Below are positions 37,422 to 51,400 of a stretch of 64,000 bases of DNA, piece after piece. The notes under the pieces were generated by a model. That model had not been told where the DNA came from and did not search any database. It saw only the letters and a list, made by a program, of their open reading frames with translations. This stretch comes from Massalongia carnosa (taxonomy: Eukaryota), in contig OZ287078.1 of the NCBI GenBank assembly GCA_965645245.1, positions 2,046,001 to 2,110,000 of the forward strand, written 5' to 3'. Made by a program: the position numbers and the translations under genes. How positions within the stretch are numbered: the first letter of the stretch is position 1; each line of letters starts with the position of its first letter.

Positions 37422-38920
37422 TAGGGACCGTCCCCTCCCGACCGTCCCCCCCCCCCCCCCGGTGTAAATCTTTACTAGTAAACAGCCATTTTACTACTCA
37501 TCCAGGGTGCGTACAAGCTAGTAGTTACACTACGTATTAATAATGTTGCTGTTACTGGCTAAGTGTACTCAACACCTACAAATCTACCTATTGCGATGAC
37601 TCCAACTCCAAAAACTCGTCAGCCAATTGCGATACATCATCTTTTCTAGGCTTCATGGTTTTAGCCGCCTTTCTCATCGCCGTTTCCTTTCTCACTTGAG
37701 CCCTAGCCTGTTTGACTGATTTCTCGACTCTTTGCTGAGATTCCAACTCCAACTGAGCCTTTGATTTCTTCGCCACACCCCGAGACCTTCGCGTTGTTGC
37801 AGAGGAAGTAGGGAGAATTTGACTGGCGCGTACGTTTTGGCTAAGACTATAAAGTGATGGAGCCAGCGCTGCCTGAGGTAGGGCTTTTTGACTATGCTTG
37901 GCAAGCACATCGTCAATATCTTCGAGCGAATCCGACGAGGCTTCTGATGTAAGAATAATATCATTTTCGTCATCCGAAGGAAGCATAGGATCCATAGAAC
38001 GACCGAGAATGGGCTGAGTGCTTATATACTGCACCTCGTTATCGTCGTCGGAGACGATAGACGCGTTTTCGATTCTCGCCATAACTAAGTTTTCTCCTAA
38101 ACTATTGTACCCAATATTAGCCGACTCGAGCGCAATAACTTTGCACCATCGTGAATTTTACCTTCTGTTTCACCTTCAACCTCATCGTCGCCCTCAGCAC
38201 GCAATCTATTATATCTAAGCCTCCTCCCTTGTTCAATAGAGTCCCTTCGCCTAGTACGTCGCTGTTCAGTTTCTCTAGCCTCAGCTGCCTCGCGACCAGT
38301 GCAGGCACGTCGACGACTCCCTCCTTTCTTATACATGAGGTTTTCTTTGGGCCGAATTTCGTCGGGGAATGTGGTGGGGATGAGAGGTCTTACCAGCTCC
38401 TTCTTTTACCATTTCTTATTGAACTTTTCAACGATATGAGCATGCTCGCGAGCGTACTCCTCCCTTCGATGAAAATCTTCTATTGATTGATGCAGGTCAA
38501 TAGATTGATATGCCACAGATTGTAGCAAATAAAGGCCCCCGCGGCGAAATCTATCCTCACTCAACACGCCTTCTTCGAGCTCGACCTCATCCTTATCCGC
38601 CTCAATCTCTCCCGTCCCTTCGACCTCATCGACGATCTTTTCGACCTCGGGCTCCGAGCCACGAGCGAAATCGAAGGTCATTTGCCAAGAGACCGCATAA
38701 GGTGGGCCATCAAAAAACCAGCGTTAACCCTAACCATCCATTTTCTATTTGGGATGGGAAGAGGATTCAGCAGGCCTTGCTTCTTGTCGTTGTATGCTTT
38801 TTATCTTCGGCATACGGAGCAGTTAACTGCGTATCTCTTGCAGTGATCCTTCATTTCAAACCAGAAATAATTTTATCCCATTATCTGATACATACTTTTG
38901 TATCCCGGATGGCCCTGTAA
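37422..38920 (-). mobile_element. Degenerate DNA-transposon relic, possibly the 3' end of a Mutator-like element
   Basis: Broken charged ORFs (KKGG.RRR..T.REAAE), a possible terminal sequence gggaccgtcccc at ~37424, and abrupt junctions on both sides. Confidence 0.35.
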
Positions 38921-41900
38921 TGGTGGTTCGTGATGCTTTTTCAGTAAATGTTGCTGCAATTGCTCGTAATCTGGGACGTATAGTCTTCCTTTGATATACA
39001 GCTTGTCGTTTTCTAGTGTGAGGTCCTCATTGCTAGCTTTATTCCTCTTTTTATGAGGTTCAATGGGAGTTTCCTCAGTTCCTTCCTCTTTGCTGCTACT
39101 ATTTCTTGAACTGTTTCGTCTTTTTCGTAAGCTTCTTCAATTAGTTCGTCCAAAATCTTCGTTACTGAGCTCTCGGTCTCGTCGATCACTTATGTAGGTT
39201 CTGCGTTGGGTTCCTCCGATCCTGTTGTGTCTTTCTCGATGAATTCGCTTTGATTATCTTGATTGTTATCGTCGTCGTCGTCGTCGTCCGCTGTATTTGC
39301 GCAGAACACGAGTGCTAACGCTTTTCGTATATCGTCATCTATTTGATGCTCTTGAAGCAGCGTTTGAAACTGATGTTGCTCTCTGATATCTTCGAATCCT
39401 TTCGAGTGATCTTGAGAGCGTCGAGTAAGCGTATCCGGTTTCTCTCCTTGCTTTTCCGGTCGATACATATCTTGAAATTAAATTCGGAAAGAAATTCGGC
39501 CCATCTGGCTTGCCTTCTGTTTAGCTGCTTCGTGGTCATGAAGTACTCTAAATTCTTGTGATCGGTGTATACTTTAACAGGTTTATCAGGAGCAGCACTT
39601 GCAACCTCGGGGCGCCAGACTTCGAAGCTCTTTACAATAGCGAGGAGTTCCTTATCATAAATCATATAGTTACACTCGGCAGGTGTCATTTTCTTGGAAA
39701 AATAGGCTACTGGTTCAGTACTCCATCGTGAATTTGAGAGAGTACTCCGGTGCTGACGAAATCTGAAGAGTCAGTCTCGACCCATGTTTCCAGGGCCGGA
39801 TCGTAATGTGCTAAGACGGGAGCGGTGGTGAACGCAATTTTTAAATCTTCGAAGGCCTTTTGACAATTTTCAGACCATACGAACGAATTATACTTGGTTC
39901 GTTTCTTTCCTGATTTCGTCGTTATTTGTTCGCCCTTTGTAAAGTCTGTTAACGACCTCGTCCGTTGCGAAAATCTCGATATAAATCGTCGCTAATAATT
40001 CGCAAAGCCTAAAATTGCTTGCACGTCTTTTACGGAGCCTGGGGTCTCCCATTTCAGAAGCGCCTCGATTTTCTCCCTAGTCTATCTTTATTCCATCGGT
40101 GGTAACTAACAATCCAAAAACTTTACTTCCGTCACAGAGAATTCGCATTTACCTATGTCCACTTGCAGTCCTTTCTCCTTCAATCGAGTTAGAACCTTTA
40201 ACACTTGTTCGGAATGCTCTTCTTCCTTTTCGCTATAAATTAGAACATCGTCCAAGTACGCAATGCAGAAGACGTCTAAGTATTCTCTTACTGTATCGTT
40301 AATGAAGCTCTAAAAGGTTCCCGGAGCGTTGCAGAGACCGAATGGCATTACCAGATGTTCGAACTGACCATATCTGGTATTGAAAGCCGTGAGTCATTCG
40401 TACCCTTCCTTCATTCTCATACGATTGAAAGCGGTAATCACATCCAGTTTTGTGAACTTCTTGGCTTGTGATAGTTTTCCCAACGTTTCATTTATCAACG
40501 GTATTGGGTACCTGTTCTTGGAGTTTAAGGCTCTATAATCTACGCAAAATCTTAAACCACCCCCTGGTTTTCTAACTAAAAGAACGGGGGCTGCTGCGCT
40601 TGACGAACTTGGACGGATTAAGCCTTTTCCCAGATGCTCGTCGATGTATTTCTTAACCGCGTCCAATTCTTATTCTGACATGGGTTTATAGTTCCTTACG
40701 TAGGGAGCTTCTTTTCCCGCTTCGAGATTTATCTGATGATCCTCCTTCCGGTGTTCAGGCAGTTCATCCGCTTTGTGCTTCATGAGAACATCTATTACGC
40801 TGTGATAAGCTGCTGGGACTCTCTTCAACAACTCCTCTCGGGTGTATTCCGGTTTTCCCTTCATGAACTTGTCATAATCTTCTGATGTCACTGCTCCGGT
40901 GGTAGTTGCGCAGAAGGCCTTCTTTGTTTCTCGAGGAATCCATAGATAGCCGTCGTGATCCTTCTTTCTGGCCATTTGAAAGAGGTGTTTTGCGTTGACT
41001 GGAAGAACTTCGATGTCTTCGTTAGGCTCGGTCCTATTCTTAACCTTGCTTCCCACAGCGAATTCGGTGCAAGTCATCCCTCGTGTAAGACATCCTTTTG
41101 CAAGAAAATCTGATGAGTTGAACTTCATCGTTCTCTCTTTCCAATTGATCATTAGGTTGTGCGTTTGCAACCATCCATCCCCTAAAATGACTGCATACGC
41201 TTCTAGTTTTGCCAAATAACATAAGACTTGCTCTTCGTGGTCTCCGATTTTCACGTCGATCAAGGCGGCCTTCGAGAGGAGCTGTACTATCTCTCCACAA
41301 AGTAAGTTTCACCTTCTTATCCAATTTGAAGGTGTTCAATTTGTGTTTACGCACAAAGGATTCGTCAATAAGTTCAGCTTCACTTCCATTATCGATAAGT
41401 AAACGGGTTTTAATTCCAGCTATGCTAGTTTTAAAAACTAAATGCATGCCCTCGATTTTCTTTTCAGTATCGCGGACAGCACAAGTAGAGACCCTAACTA
41501 TTTTCGTTTCAGTGTCACCGTTCCCATTAACAACCTCCTTGTTTGTAAGCCATTGATCGCGATTTCGATCAAGGACTAGGCTTTTCCCGCCTCAGATTCC
41601 GCTCCCGAATCTGTTTTTACTGTCATCATGGTGCTCAAGTTCTTGTCCCTGTATTGAGGACAAATGGTATCGTTTCCTCGATGTCCTGATCCCCTGCATG
41701 CCCAGCATCGGCGTTGACGGGAGAGGGACTAGCGCTCGTCGTCCTTCAGCTTCTTTGGTTTTGGGTCTGGATCATACCAGGTGCCTACCGAACCGGCCGG
41801 TTTGACTATCGTCGGCATCAGCTTCGCATTCGGCCGATCATCAGATTTCTTGGAGCTGCTTTGATTGATGGAGGATGAGGCGGACTTTCCGCCGGAGGAC

Positions 41901-43611
41901 TGGGTTGAGGATTGTCCGCCGGAAAATTTGATTCGTTGGCTGGAATTCTTTGTTGCGGCTGATTCATCGGGACGAGGAAAGTGGTGCGCCACATCTTTGC
42001 GGCGGTCTTCGATTCGTCGTGCTTCGTGAAGTAAAGGGCGAAAATCAGTAAAGACTGAACCCATAAGAGAGTTGGAGATGCTAGGATTTAACGTCACGAG
42101 GAACTTCTCAATTCGCTCGTCAACGGGAGTTTTGGCTTTCTACCATAGCTTGAAGATTCGGTGATAATACTCGCTGACGCTTTCGCCCCCTTTCATGGTG
42201 ACGGTGAGGAGTTCTTTCTTGGCGTCGCGGCTCTGGAGGTGAATGCCCATATAGTGCTCTATCTCTTCGAATAAAGCATCGGCCGATAGTGAGTCTCCCA
42301 TATCCACTATCCAAGAGTGCATAGCCCCGAAGATCGGCTCTTCCATTTGAGTCAGCGCATAGCCGACATTTTCGTTCTCATCGGCGTAGAGGGGTGCGTC
42401 TGTCTTCAGTTTATTGCGGACGGAGTACGCCCAAGGGCTATACTCCTCCGAGTCCTCATCTTTAAGTGGCTTGCTAGGGTTTATACCACGGGGTCGCCAA
42501 TTCTGGGGGTTGGCGTTGGTGCTTCGGGTAGTAACGGTTTCTTCTTGTTGATGACGTGGTGTTTCCCGTGTTTCCGCTAAATGGCGGACCAGGGAGTCTA
42601 TGTCTTTCTGTAATCTCTCTTTCGCTATAGTCATTGCCTTTAATCCGATATCTCTATGGGATAGTTCTTCTTGCGCGAGAAGGGCCTCTCGTTCGGCATC
42701 GTCTTTTTCCGTGATGAGACGTTCATGTACTTGTTTGTAACGTCTGTTGATCTTTTTGGCCTCGCCAAGCTTCTCCAGGTCGCCCTGCAAGGAGATGTAT
42801 TTGTTGAATAGGGTCTTGTCGTATTCGAGCGCTCTTGTGAGGAAGTCATACCATCGGGTGCTTCTTTCTCGTCTCGCAAGATGCTCTGCAATTTCTTCAA
42901 ATTGTGTGGTGCAACGTGGGACGGATGTTCCGCGGCATCCTTCTCGTAATATGGATGATTGGAGACATCGATCTTCTGAAAAAACTTCTTTTCTTTTTCA
43001 CGTCCTGCTCTTGGGTTTTTTTCCCACGTCCCCTCCGTTGTTTCTTTAATCTGTTCGTTCTGAGGTAATTCGGAGTCTTCAAACGTTCCCGGCATGCTGC
43101 TATCCAAGCGAGACGAATGACGGGAGACGGAACGAGCGCGGGTGTTAAATGCTAGGCCGGTCTGGGACTCTGCGGGAGGGGCTACGGCCTTTCTCGCAGT
43201 CATGGGCGTTTTTGAGCTCATGACTGGATTCTGAAAATGGGAAAGTATAATTCCCTGATTCTAAAAGTTCTGGGAGTTCTGGAATTTGGATCGGTTTGGA
43301 TTCGCACAAACGATCAGTCTGGAAAGTTACTGGAACGGGTTTTCACTCTATCTGGAAGAAAGTTGCTGGAATGGGACCTCGTCCCTACTGGAAGTTCTGG
43401 AAGAAAGAATACTAATAGGTAGATAAATTGTGTAAGGAAGCTGTCGTCGATTCTAATCAACCGCTATTAAACTAAAATTTATCTACAAAAGAAGAAAAGA
43501 ATTATTGTGCGTGACTCGCTAGAAATATCTGCACCGAGTGTCGCGCTAGCCTCGCGTGCTCCCGTGATCTCCCGTTCTATCTCAGCCTTATGTCAGGCTA
43601 GGACCCTGACA
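38920..43611 (-). mobile_element. Degenerate Gypsy element with 5' LTR (43431-43611), 3' truncated in the integrase
   Basis: gag with CWAC..GH knuckle, LIDNGS protease, [17 protein letters not shown], RNase [10 protein letters not shown]. The LTR reads TGTAAGG...CCTGACA. Confidence 0.88.
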
Positions 43612-44808
43612 GTAGTGTCCCTTCTTGTTGCAGTTGAAGCAGAAGATTTGGGATAAGTCCTTGCTGGTGCCTCTGGAAGTGTTGGCACCGGTGGCCGGAG
43701 TGAACTCCGAGCCTTTCCGATCTCGACCATGATCAAGACGTCGCTGCTTTTTCTTTTCTCTCCGAGCTTTCTTGTTAGCAATCTCGCTGTTCTCTAGGCG
43801 CGAGGAGTTTGATTGCTTCGGACCCGACGGTTTGGGCTTTTCGCTAGGCTCGTCTCGAGGGTCTCGAGTAGAGGTGTTGGGTTTGGCCACAGTAGCATGA
43901 GCGGGCCAGTTTCCATGTGGACAATGCTGATCTATCTCACGAAGGATCGATTGCGGCTACAGACTAGCTTTTGCATTAGCATCGATCGCTTTTTCGACTA
44001 GCTACTCCCAACTGTCTAGTTCCATTCCTCGTTGTTCCATCTGAGCCTTTATCGAAGGCTTGAGGCCTTCACGAAAGAACCGGATAAGGTCCGACTCCTC
44101 TGGAACTCCCTCAGCAGCAAACTCCAGCAGTATAGATTGTAGATGTTCCAGGTGAGAAGCCCAATCCTGAACTTCTTCTTATTGATACTGGGAGTCCCGC
44201 TTGATCCTACTCCAGGTTGCGTCCACAAAAGCCCTGGAGTCTCCAAGCTTCTACCGAGGGAAAGCCTTGAACTCGGTCCAAGACAAAGATCCTACCTCTT
44301 CGCCTTGGCTTCGACGTTTGTGCTGGTGCTAACGAAAGCTAATCCGGCCACGGAGGAAAGATGCGGCAAAAGGTGGACTGTTTGACCCGGTGGCGCCAGC
44401 GGTGTCAAAGTGGTCTTCGCATTGTTGGCAGAAATGGTATCACTCCATATGGGACTTTCAATAGTAGATATCCGGGAACCGAGCTTTCAACTGACCTTCT
44501 CGAGGGCCTTCATGTCGACTACCTTGTGCCCGGAGGAACGACTCCATACAGAGCTTTGTGATTCTCTGCAGATCTTCCTCTGTCTATTTGGCAGGGCCCG
44601 TAGCTACCTCAGTGCTTGGTGTCGGTGATTCTTCCGCGGGCCTTGAAATATCTTCTGCCTGGGGATATCTTGTTGGACCTTGCCGAACATTCCTGCGAGG
44701 GCGAGAGTTTGATGACATCGTTTGCGGAGTTCAAAAACAGATAGCTCCACTAGCTAAGCTTCCTCCAAACGGGCTGGCTGACCCGTAGTGTATGAGAACA
44801 ATTAGAAT
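43612..44808 (-). mobile_element. gag region of a Gypsy element, cut at its zinc knuckle
   Basis: KARFPDIY, CQQCEDHF and CFNCNKKGHY, interrupted by the LTR ending at 43611. Confidence 0.8.
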
Positions 44809-45871
44809 TGTAATGGGCTACGAGACCAGTAAGCTAATCACGAGCGACACTGAGCTCGAAAGGGGAAATGCTCAGCGTGAGATGTGGAAGATAGCTACTA
44901 CGTGCTAGTCTCCGAGATTATACGTGATCCAAAGAACTAATGAATGTGGAAGTGCTTAGACCAAGAGATCTCGTCCGAGACCCAAACGTAGGTTGTTCAT
45001 AGAATAAAGACTAATTGCTAACGAATACTACAGGATTCGTTCTGGTATTTATCCTACTCACCCTAAGCCTATAGCCTTGGGAGCCTTGAAACCTTAGGAG
45101 CCTTGCAACCCACTTCTGACCTTATCGCCTTACATCCAACCATCCCTCAGAATCCATCCACGAACTCGACGTTCGCTAGATCATCTAGTCAGCCTGGAGC
45201 AGCCTTCTAGATCTTCCCTTGCAAGGTAGAACAGTTCTACCTCCGGCTAGATCCCTCGCCACCTTGCTAGCCCGCCTCTAAACATAAAGTCTAGACGCCG
45301 AGGCTATGTAGCTTCATTTCGCCATCACCACTACCAACGTAGCGGTGGAAGGTTACCTCCGACTGAATCTCTCTCTACACTGCGGACCTGCCTCTAGACA
45401 CAAGGTCTAGACTACAAGGCCATGTAGGTTTATTCAGCCGACATCACTACCAGCGTAGCAATAAAGGTGGAAGCTGAAGTTTACACCGGGGAGGCCGAGC
45501 TCAAACTGCGTCCAGCTAGCCGTGCCTCCTGCTACAACTCTTGATCCATCAAGAGATCGAGTAGCTCCGAGTAGGCCAGTAGATTCCATATAGAGTTCAC
45601 GGCTATTGTCCACAGGAGTTCGCCTTACACTCCATGGCAATCTACCACCGCGGCCTCGATAGGTGTTTGATCTGTAAGCAGTCTAGAACGTAGTAACAAC
45701 TAATCCAAAGTTGTGTGGCAAGGTGGCGTTGTGGTAAGATAGCGTTGTGTCAAGGTGGCGATGTTGCAACCTCGACGGCTATGCGACTTCATACTACGGC
45801 TTGGCTCATGCTAGTTAATCCCGCAACCGCCCTAGGCGATCACGTATTCCTCTAGCGCCATCCGTATTACA
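44809..45871 (-). mobile_element. Single ~1063-bp LTR between a pol 3' end and a gag 5' end
   Basis: TGTAAT...ATTACA termini. On the minus strand PPT AGAGGGGAGG lies directly upstream and gag directly downstream. Confidence 0.8.
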
Positions 45872-46761
45872 ATTGCCTCCCCTCTAGGACGCGAGCTCCG
45901 CCAAGCGTGTAGTGGATAGTAACGACACGTTAAGTGGGTGGTATGATTTGTATGGCAGGCGGTGAAAAATCTCCTTCCTTGTATGATAGCAAGGAGGAAA
46001 ACCGGCCTCCGAAGTCAATGAAAAACCTCCTAACCCAGTGGGAACTGATGAGGAAAACCGACTTGTCGAGATCGTTGAAATACTCTAAAACCCTGATAAG
46101 ACAACGGGAGAACATAGGTAAAACAGACTTCTCAAGATCGATAAAAAACCCTTAAACCCTGATAATATAACGGGAAAACGAAGGGAAAACCTTTCCTAGA
46201 CTCCATAGTAGGTGGCAGGAGAGAAACCCCGAGGCTTCTACTTCTTCGCCTTCTTGCTCCGAGTGCTGGTAGCTGGTCGGCCGCATTTCCGCTTGCTTTT
46301 AGGCTTAACGGTCGGCTTAACCATTGGCGGTGCGGTGTCGATAGGAGGAGAGGTTGCTGTCGGCTTGGTGGGGTTACCCTCATGGTAGGCTTTGGCGATC
46401 TTCCGAAGGTGTTTGATCGCTGCCGCCGGGTTCCACGTACTTTCATCCTCTGGATAGCCCGTCCAGGAGACCAGATAGTAGAGACCTGGTAGGTGGCCAG
46501 CTTCTGACTCCTTGGCGTAGACCGCGCTATCCAAAGTGCCTTGAACCTCGTACTCCTCATCGTTACAAGCTTCGAATTCCAGCTGCTCCGCGATCTTCTC
46601 GTCCACCCGCCCCTTCCTTGTGGTGTCCTGCTCCAGCAGTGATACATGAAAGACATCATGGATGCGCCACCGTTTTGGAGGCTCAAACCTGTAGGCTTGC
46701 TTGCCCACTGGTTGCAAGACACGGAACGGCCCAAAGAACTTAGCCTCTAGCTTGCGATTAC

Positions 46762-47304
46762 CTAGTTCGGCTATGCTGAGAGCTAGTGCGTCGTTAATCG
46801 AGACAGCTCCCGCTTTGATTTCGGCACCGCATGGATCTCTCGGACGGCATAGATGTCTCAGCACCATAAGGATGTCTCAGCACGGCATAGAGATCTTAGC
46901 ACCGCATCGATCCTTCGGACGACAGTTAGGTTTCGGATTTGTGTATGCCTTGCTATGGGCCGCGTTGATGGGGCATACTGGGATGGTAGAGTAGGACAAG
47001 GAGAATAGGAAGAAGATATATAAAGAGGAGGTCCCAGACGGTATCCCTCATCATCTCACATCTCAAGACAATCAAAAAGCATAGCATTTTGATAGCACTG
47101 TTTGCAACGTTTTCTTTCCCACCCACCCACTCCAGTTCTTCTGTCGCTTAGATAGAGGGAGTCTGTTCACAGCCCAAGGCCTGCGAGAGGGTCTTACATT
47201 AGTAGACAGCAAGGCCCTTATCGAGTCCCCCTCTCGAGGCCGGGGGCTGTGAGCAATAGCCCAAACATACTTAGTAGCAATATAACGAGATTGACACGAA
47301 CTAG
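46762..47304. mobile_element. 543-bp non-coding insertion with 8-bp terminal inverted repeats CTAGTTCG...CGAACTAG and no TSD
   Basis: Exact removal gives AAG ACT AAA CGT AAT CGC AAG (KTKRNRK) in the integrase. It contains ~19-bp degenerate repeats (~46822-46925) and a TATA-like tract. Confidence 0.8.
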
Positions 47305-48473
47305 GTTTAGTCTTAATATACTTGCTGTTCAACCAAACTTTATCGCCAGGTGCATAGCTCCGTGGCTTGGTTCCTTTGTTGTGGGCCTTTGTCTGCCATT
47401 CTTGTGCGTGCTGAAGGGTTTCCTTGCAGATAGCCATCAAGTCCTTTAGTTCTGCATCTAGTTCTTCTGCTGACTTGGACCTGGAGCGGGGGTCAATGTC
47501 TTCTTCATATGAGATACGGGGGTGGTAACCACAGTTGAGCTCGAACGGCGTATGCCATGTGCTCGCGTTTTTCGCATAGTTGTACGCAAACTCAGCCATC
47601 GGAAGCAGGCGCGCCCAGTCGTCTTGTTCCTAGTTGACGAAAGCCCTAAGGTAGGCTTCCATGGTGCTGTTCTGGCGTTCGGTCTGCACATTGGTCTGTC
47701 GATGGAACGTGGTAGAGAGACGTCGCTTGATGCCTAAAAAGTAGCATAAGGAAGACCAGAACTTGGAAGTGAAAACTGAGCCGCGGTCGCCGACGAAAGA
47801 GTCTGGCAAGCCGTGGTGACGAACTACCACGTCCATGATTACTTCTGCTAGCCATGGTGCAGTGATCGTTGTCAGCACTGGCTCATAGTGCACCATCTTC
47901 GTAAGCCGGTCGACGATGACCAGGATCGAATCGTAGCTGTCGCGCTTCCAATCAGCAGATTCAGGCAACTCCGTCACAAAAGCCCCAGACAAGTCTTTCC
48001 AGTGATGAGTTGGCACTGGCAGTGACTGTAGGTTTCCGTAAGGCTTGTGTCTGACCGCTTTAGAATAAGCAGACGTCGCAACCGTAGACATAGCTCTCGA
48101 CATCACGGCGGAGAGTCTCCCAGAAGTACTTTCTCGCAATGAGTTCTCGCGTCTTTTCGATACGGAAGTGTCCTGCTAATGGATCATCAGGACGCCTGCT
48201 GATAGCTCAGTTCTGAGGATCTCAGGGACATAAGGCAGGCTTTGATAATGCAAAATCCCCTCGGTGTCTTCCCAGCCATCTTTTCCAAGCTTCTCTGCTC
48301 TGATCATCTGAGCTTATGTATCTTCCTCCTGCAACTCCTGCAACCTCAACCTCATGCCACCAATGCTGACTTTGTAAGGACCTTCAGAGGTCAAATCTTG
48401 GCGGAGCGTATCCCAAAACTGAGGTAGGTAAGGGAAGACGTGCGTTCCACAGATGATGACGTGGTGTGGAGGG

Positions 48474-51400
48474 TGTCACGGTAGGAGTCCAATGATCCTA
48501 TCCATGTGGTGGAACAGTGTTACGCTATCGAATATACTACATGATAATCTGACGAAACGAACACAAGGAGGAAAACAGTAACAGCTAGCAGAGATTTCCT
48601 TTAACTACTGAAAAGGGACACTAAACCCAACTCGGTAAGCTCGCAGTCTAACAACAACGATCATCCGCCGGCGCTAAACCTTAAAGTCCATCTAGGGCAG
48701 CCGTCTGTTCAATGAACCTCCACGTCTCATGTTCATACCCTGACAGTAGCTCCCCCCTTCGAGGCCTGAGACCACGCAGGCTTATAGTGCCTAGTCAGTG
48801 TGAATCAGCGAGGCTTGTCAGGGTAGCGTTTATGGAATTCCTGTACTCGTTCGAGAGCGTTGGTGACGTACTCCGCGTACTCCCAGGTAGGGTCGTTCCA
48901 GCCTATCCACTGGACCAGATACTTCAGACGCTTGCGTATCTTCTTCGAGTCTAAAATCTCTTCGACTTCGTATTCTTCAGTTTCATCAACTAGCACGGGT
49001 GGTGGATGGGGAGCGATATGACCAGGGTGAGGATCTTGTGGCACAGGAGTCAAGAGCGAAATATGGAACACTGGATGGATCTTCATGCCTGGTGGCAGGG
49101 CCAGCTGGTATGCGTATTTGCTGACGACCTTGGAGATGACAAATGGACCCAGATTCTTCTAATCGAACTTTCGGGCAGGTCTCTAAGTGCGTATGTTCTT
49201 AGCATTTAGCCATATCCTATCTCCTACTTGATAAACCGGGGCAGGGACTCTGTGTCTATTAGCATCGAACTCATACCTTGCCTGAGCAAACTTCATCTCT
49301 TCCTGCAGTATGTCATTGATTTGCTGCATCTTGTTGGCAAAACCTTCTGCATTCAGACTGGCGGGCGACCGGGAAGGTTCTATTGATTCAAATCCCATTC
49401 GAGGATGAAATCCCATCTCCGCGAAGAAGGGGCTACACCCAGTGGTTTCCGAGGTCATGTCGTTTCCCGTGAATTCTGCCAGCGGTAACCAGTCTACCCA
49501 GTCGTCCTGCAAGTAGTCGGTATACATACGGATGTACTGCTCCATTGAAGAATTTACTCTTTCAGTCTGCCCGTCGGTTTCAGGGTGAAATGCAGTGGAC
49601 AAGAGACTCTTTATTCCCAGACGTTGACATAATATTTTCCAAAATTCTGCGACGAAAAGCACTCCACGATCGGATACAATGGTCTGAGGCAATCCATGTA
49701 GCCTCCAAATCTCCTTTAGAAACAGCCTCGCGAGGCCCTCAACGTCTAGAGTAGTATGACAAGGCAGGAAGTGACGTCGCTTTGACAGACGATCCACAAC
49801 AACTAGTACAGCGTCGAATCCTTGACTAACAGGGAGACCAGTAACAAATTCCATGGAGATGTCCTGCCAGCGTTGCTCAGGTACGGGTAATGGTCGAAGC
49901 ACTCCCATCTTTCCTTGACGAGAAGACTTGCTTCGAGAGCACACCTGACAATGTTTCACATACTTCGCTATGAACTGATAGAACTGAGGCCAATAGTAAT
50001 GTCGCTGAACTAGATCGAAGGTTTTTGCTCTTCCTGGATGTCCGGCTACGGGACTGTCGTGCATTTCTCTGCAAAGTCTCATTCTCAGTGCATGCGAGTC
50101 TGGAACATACAGCTTTCCTCGATAGTGTAGTCGTCCCTGAATTTCTTTGCATTCTGCTAAAGAGATTTCCTTAGAATGACTGACCTTATTTCGCAGGAGT
50201 TCGAGAATCTTGCTCGGAAAAGGATCATTCTCCAGACCCTCTTTCCAGGGTTCTTCCAGAGTCTTTTCGACTTCTTCTCGCTCGGTTTGACGATCGTCCG
50301 CTTGACTAGGAATGTTTAAATCATTGCTCAGAAGTTCTAAATTTCGAGGTTTCAAGACCACTTGATGCTGAACTTTCAATCGTGGATCATCCTCCCCTTC
50401 AGGTAGGTCTTGAGACCTTCTGGTCAATGCATCAGGTTTTCCTCCGCTCTTGCCTGGACGATACACTATCTTGAAGTCGAAACGAGAAAGATATTCCGAC
50501 CAACGGGACTGGCGACGACTCAACTGCTTGGTTGTCATGAAGTACTCTAACTTCTTATGATCAGAAATTACTTGTATGGGAAAAGCAGCTCCTTCAAGCT
50601 CGGCTCTCCATTCTTCAAAAGCACGAACAATGGCCATGAGTTCCTTGTCATAGATTTCGTAGTTAATCTCCGCTGGTGAGTGTTTTTTGGAGAAGAAGGC
50701 CACCCGCCTAAGCGTTCCCTCGTCGTCATATTGCGAGAGTACTCCTCCTACTACCCAGTCCGAAGCGTCGACTTCCACTACTATTTTCTTTTCAGAATCG
50801 AAATGCATTAATACTGTATCGCTAAGAAAGGCGTCCTTCAAGGCTTGAAAGGCCTTCTCGCATTTTTCTTCCCAGGCAAAGACTATATTCTTTTTGGTTA
50901 ACTTGATCAGGGGCGAGGCGATTTCGGAAAACCCTCGAACAAAACGGCGGTAGAAGTTCGCAAAACCCACAAAAGCTTGTATATCTCGAACGTTCTTTGG
51001 TGAAAGCCATTCCTTAATTGCTGCGACTTTCTGAGGGTCCATTCGAATACCTTTATCCGAACTGATTAGGCCTAGGTATGTGGTCTCGGTGACGAAGAAC
51101 TCGCATTTCTCAATATCCAGTTGTAGTCCTGCTTCTCGAAGGGCCTCCAAGACTTTTCTGACATGAACCTTATGTTCCTTCACTGATCGGCTGTATATCA
51201 GAATGTTATCGATGTACGCGGTGCAGAAGACGTCCAGAAATTCCCGAAGAATATTGTTGATATAATGCTGAAAGGAGCCTGGGCCCCCGCAAAGTCCAAA
51301 AGGCATTACTTCGTACTCGTACAATCCATATCTAGTTTTGAATGCCGTCATCCATTCTTGTCCTTTTTGCATGCGAAGCTTGTTAAAGGCCGCTACAATG

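Noticed and set aside
37446..37461. Poly-C tract as a functional G-quadruplex
   Set aside because: A homopolymer at a probable element end; its length is unreliable and there is no supporting context.
46762..47304. Helitron or solo LTR
   Set aside because: It has symmetric CTAG ends and a C^G insertion point; there is no 5' TC, A^T target, TG..CA termini or 5-bp TSD.
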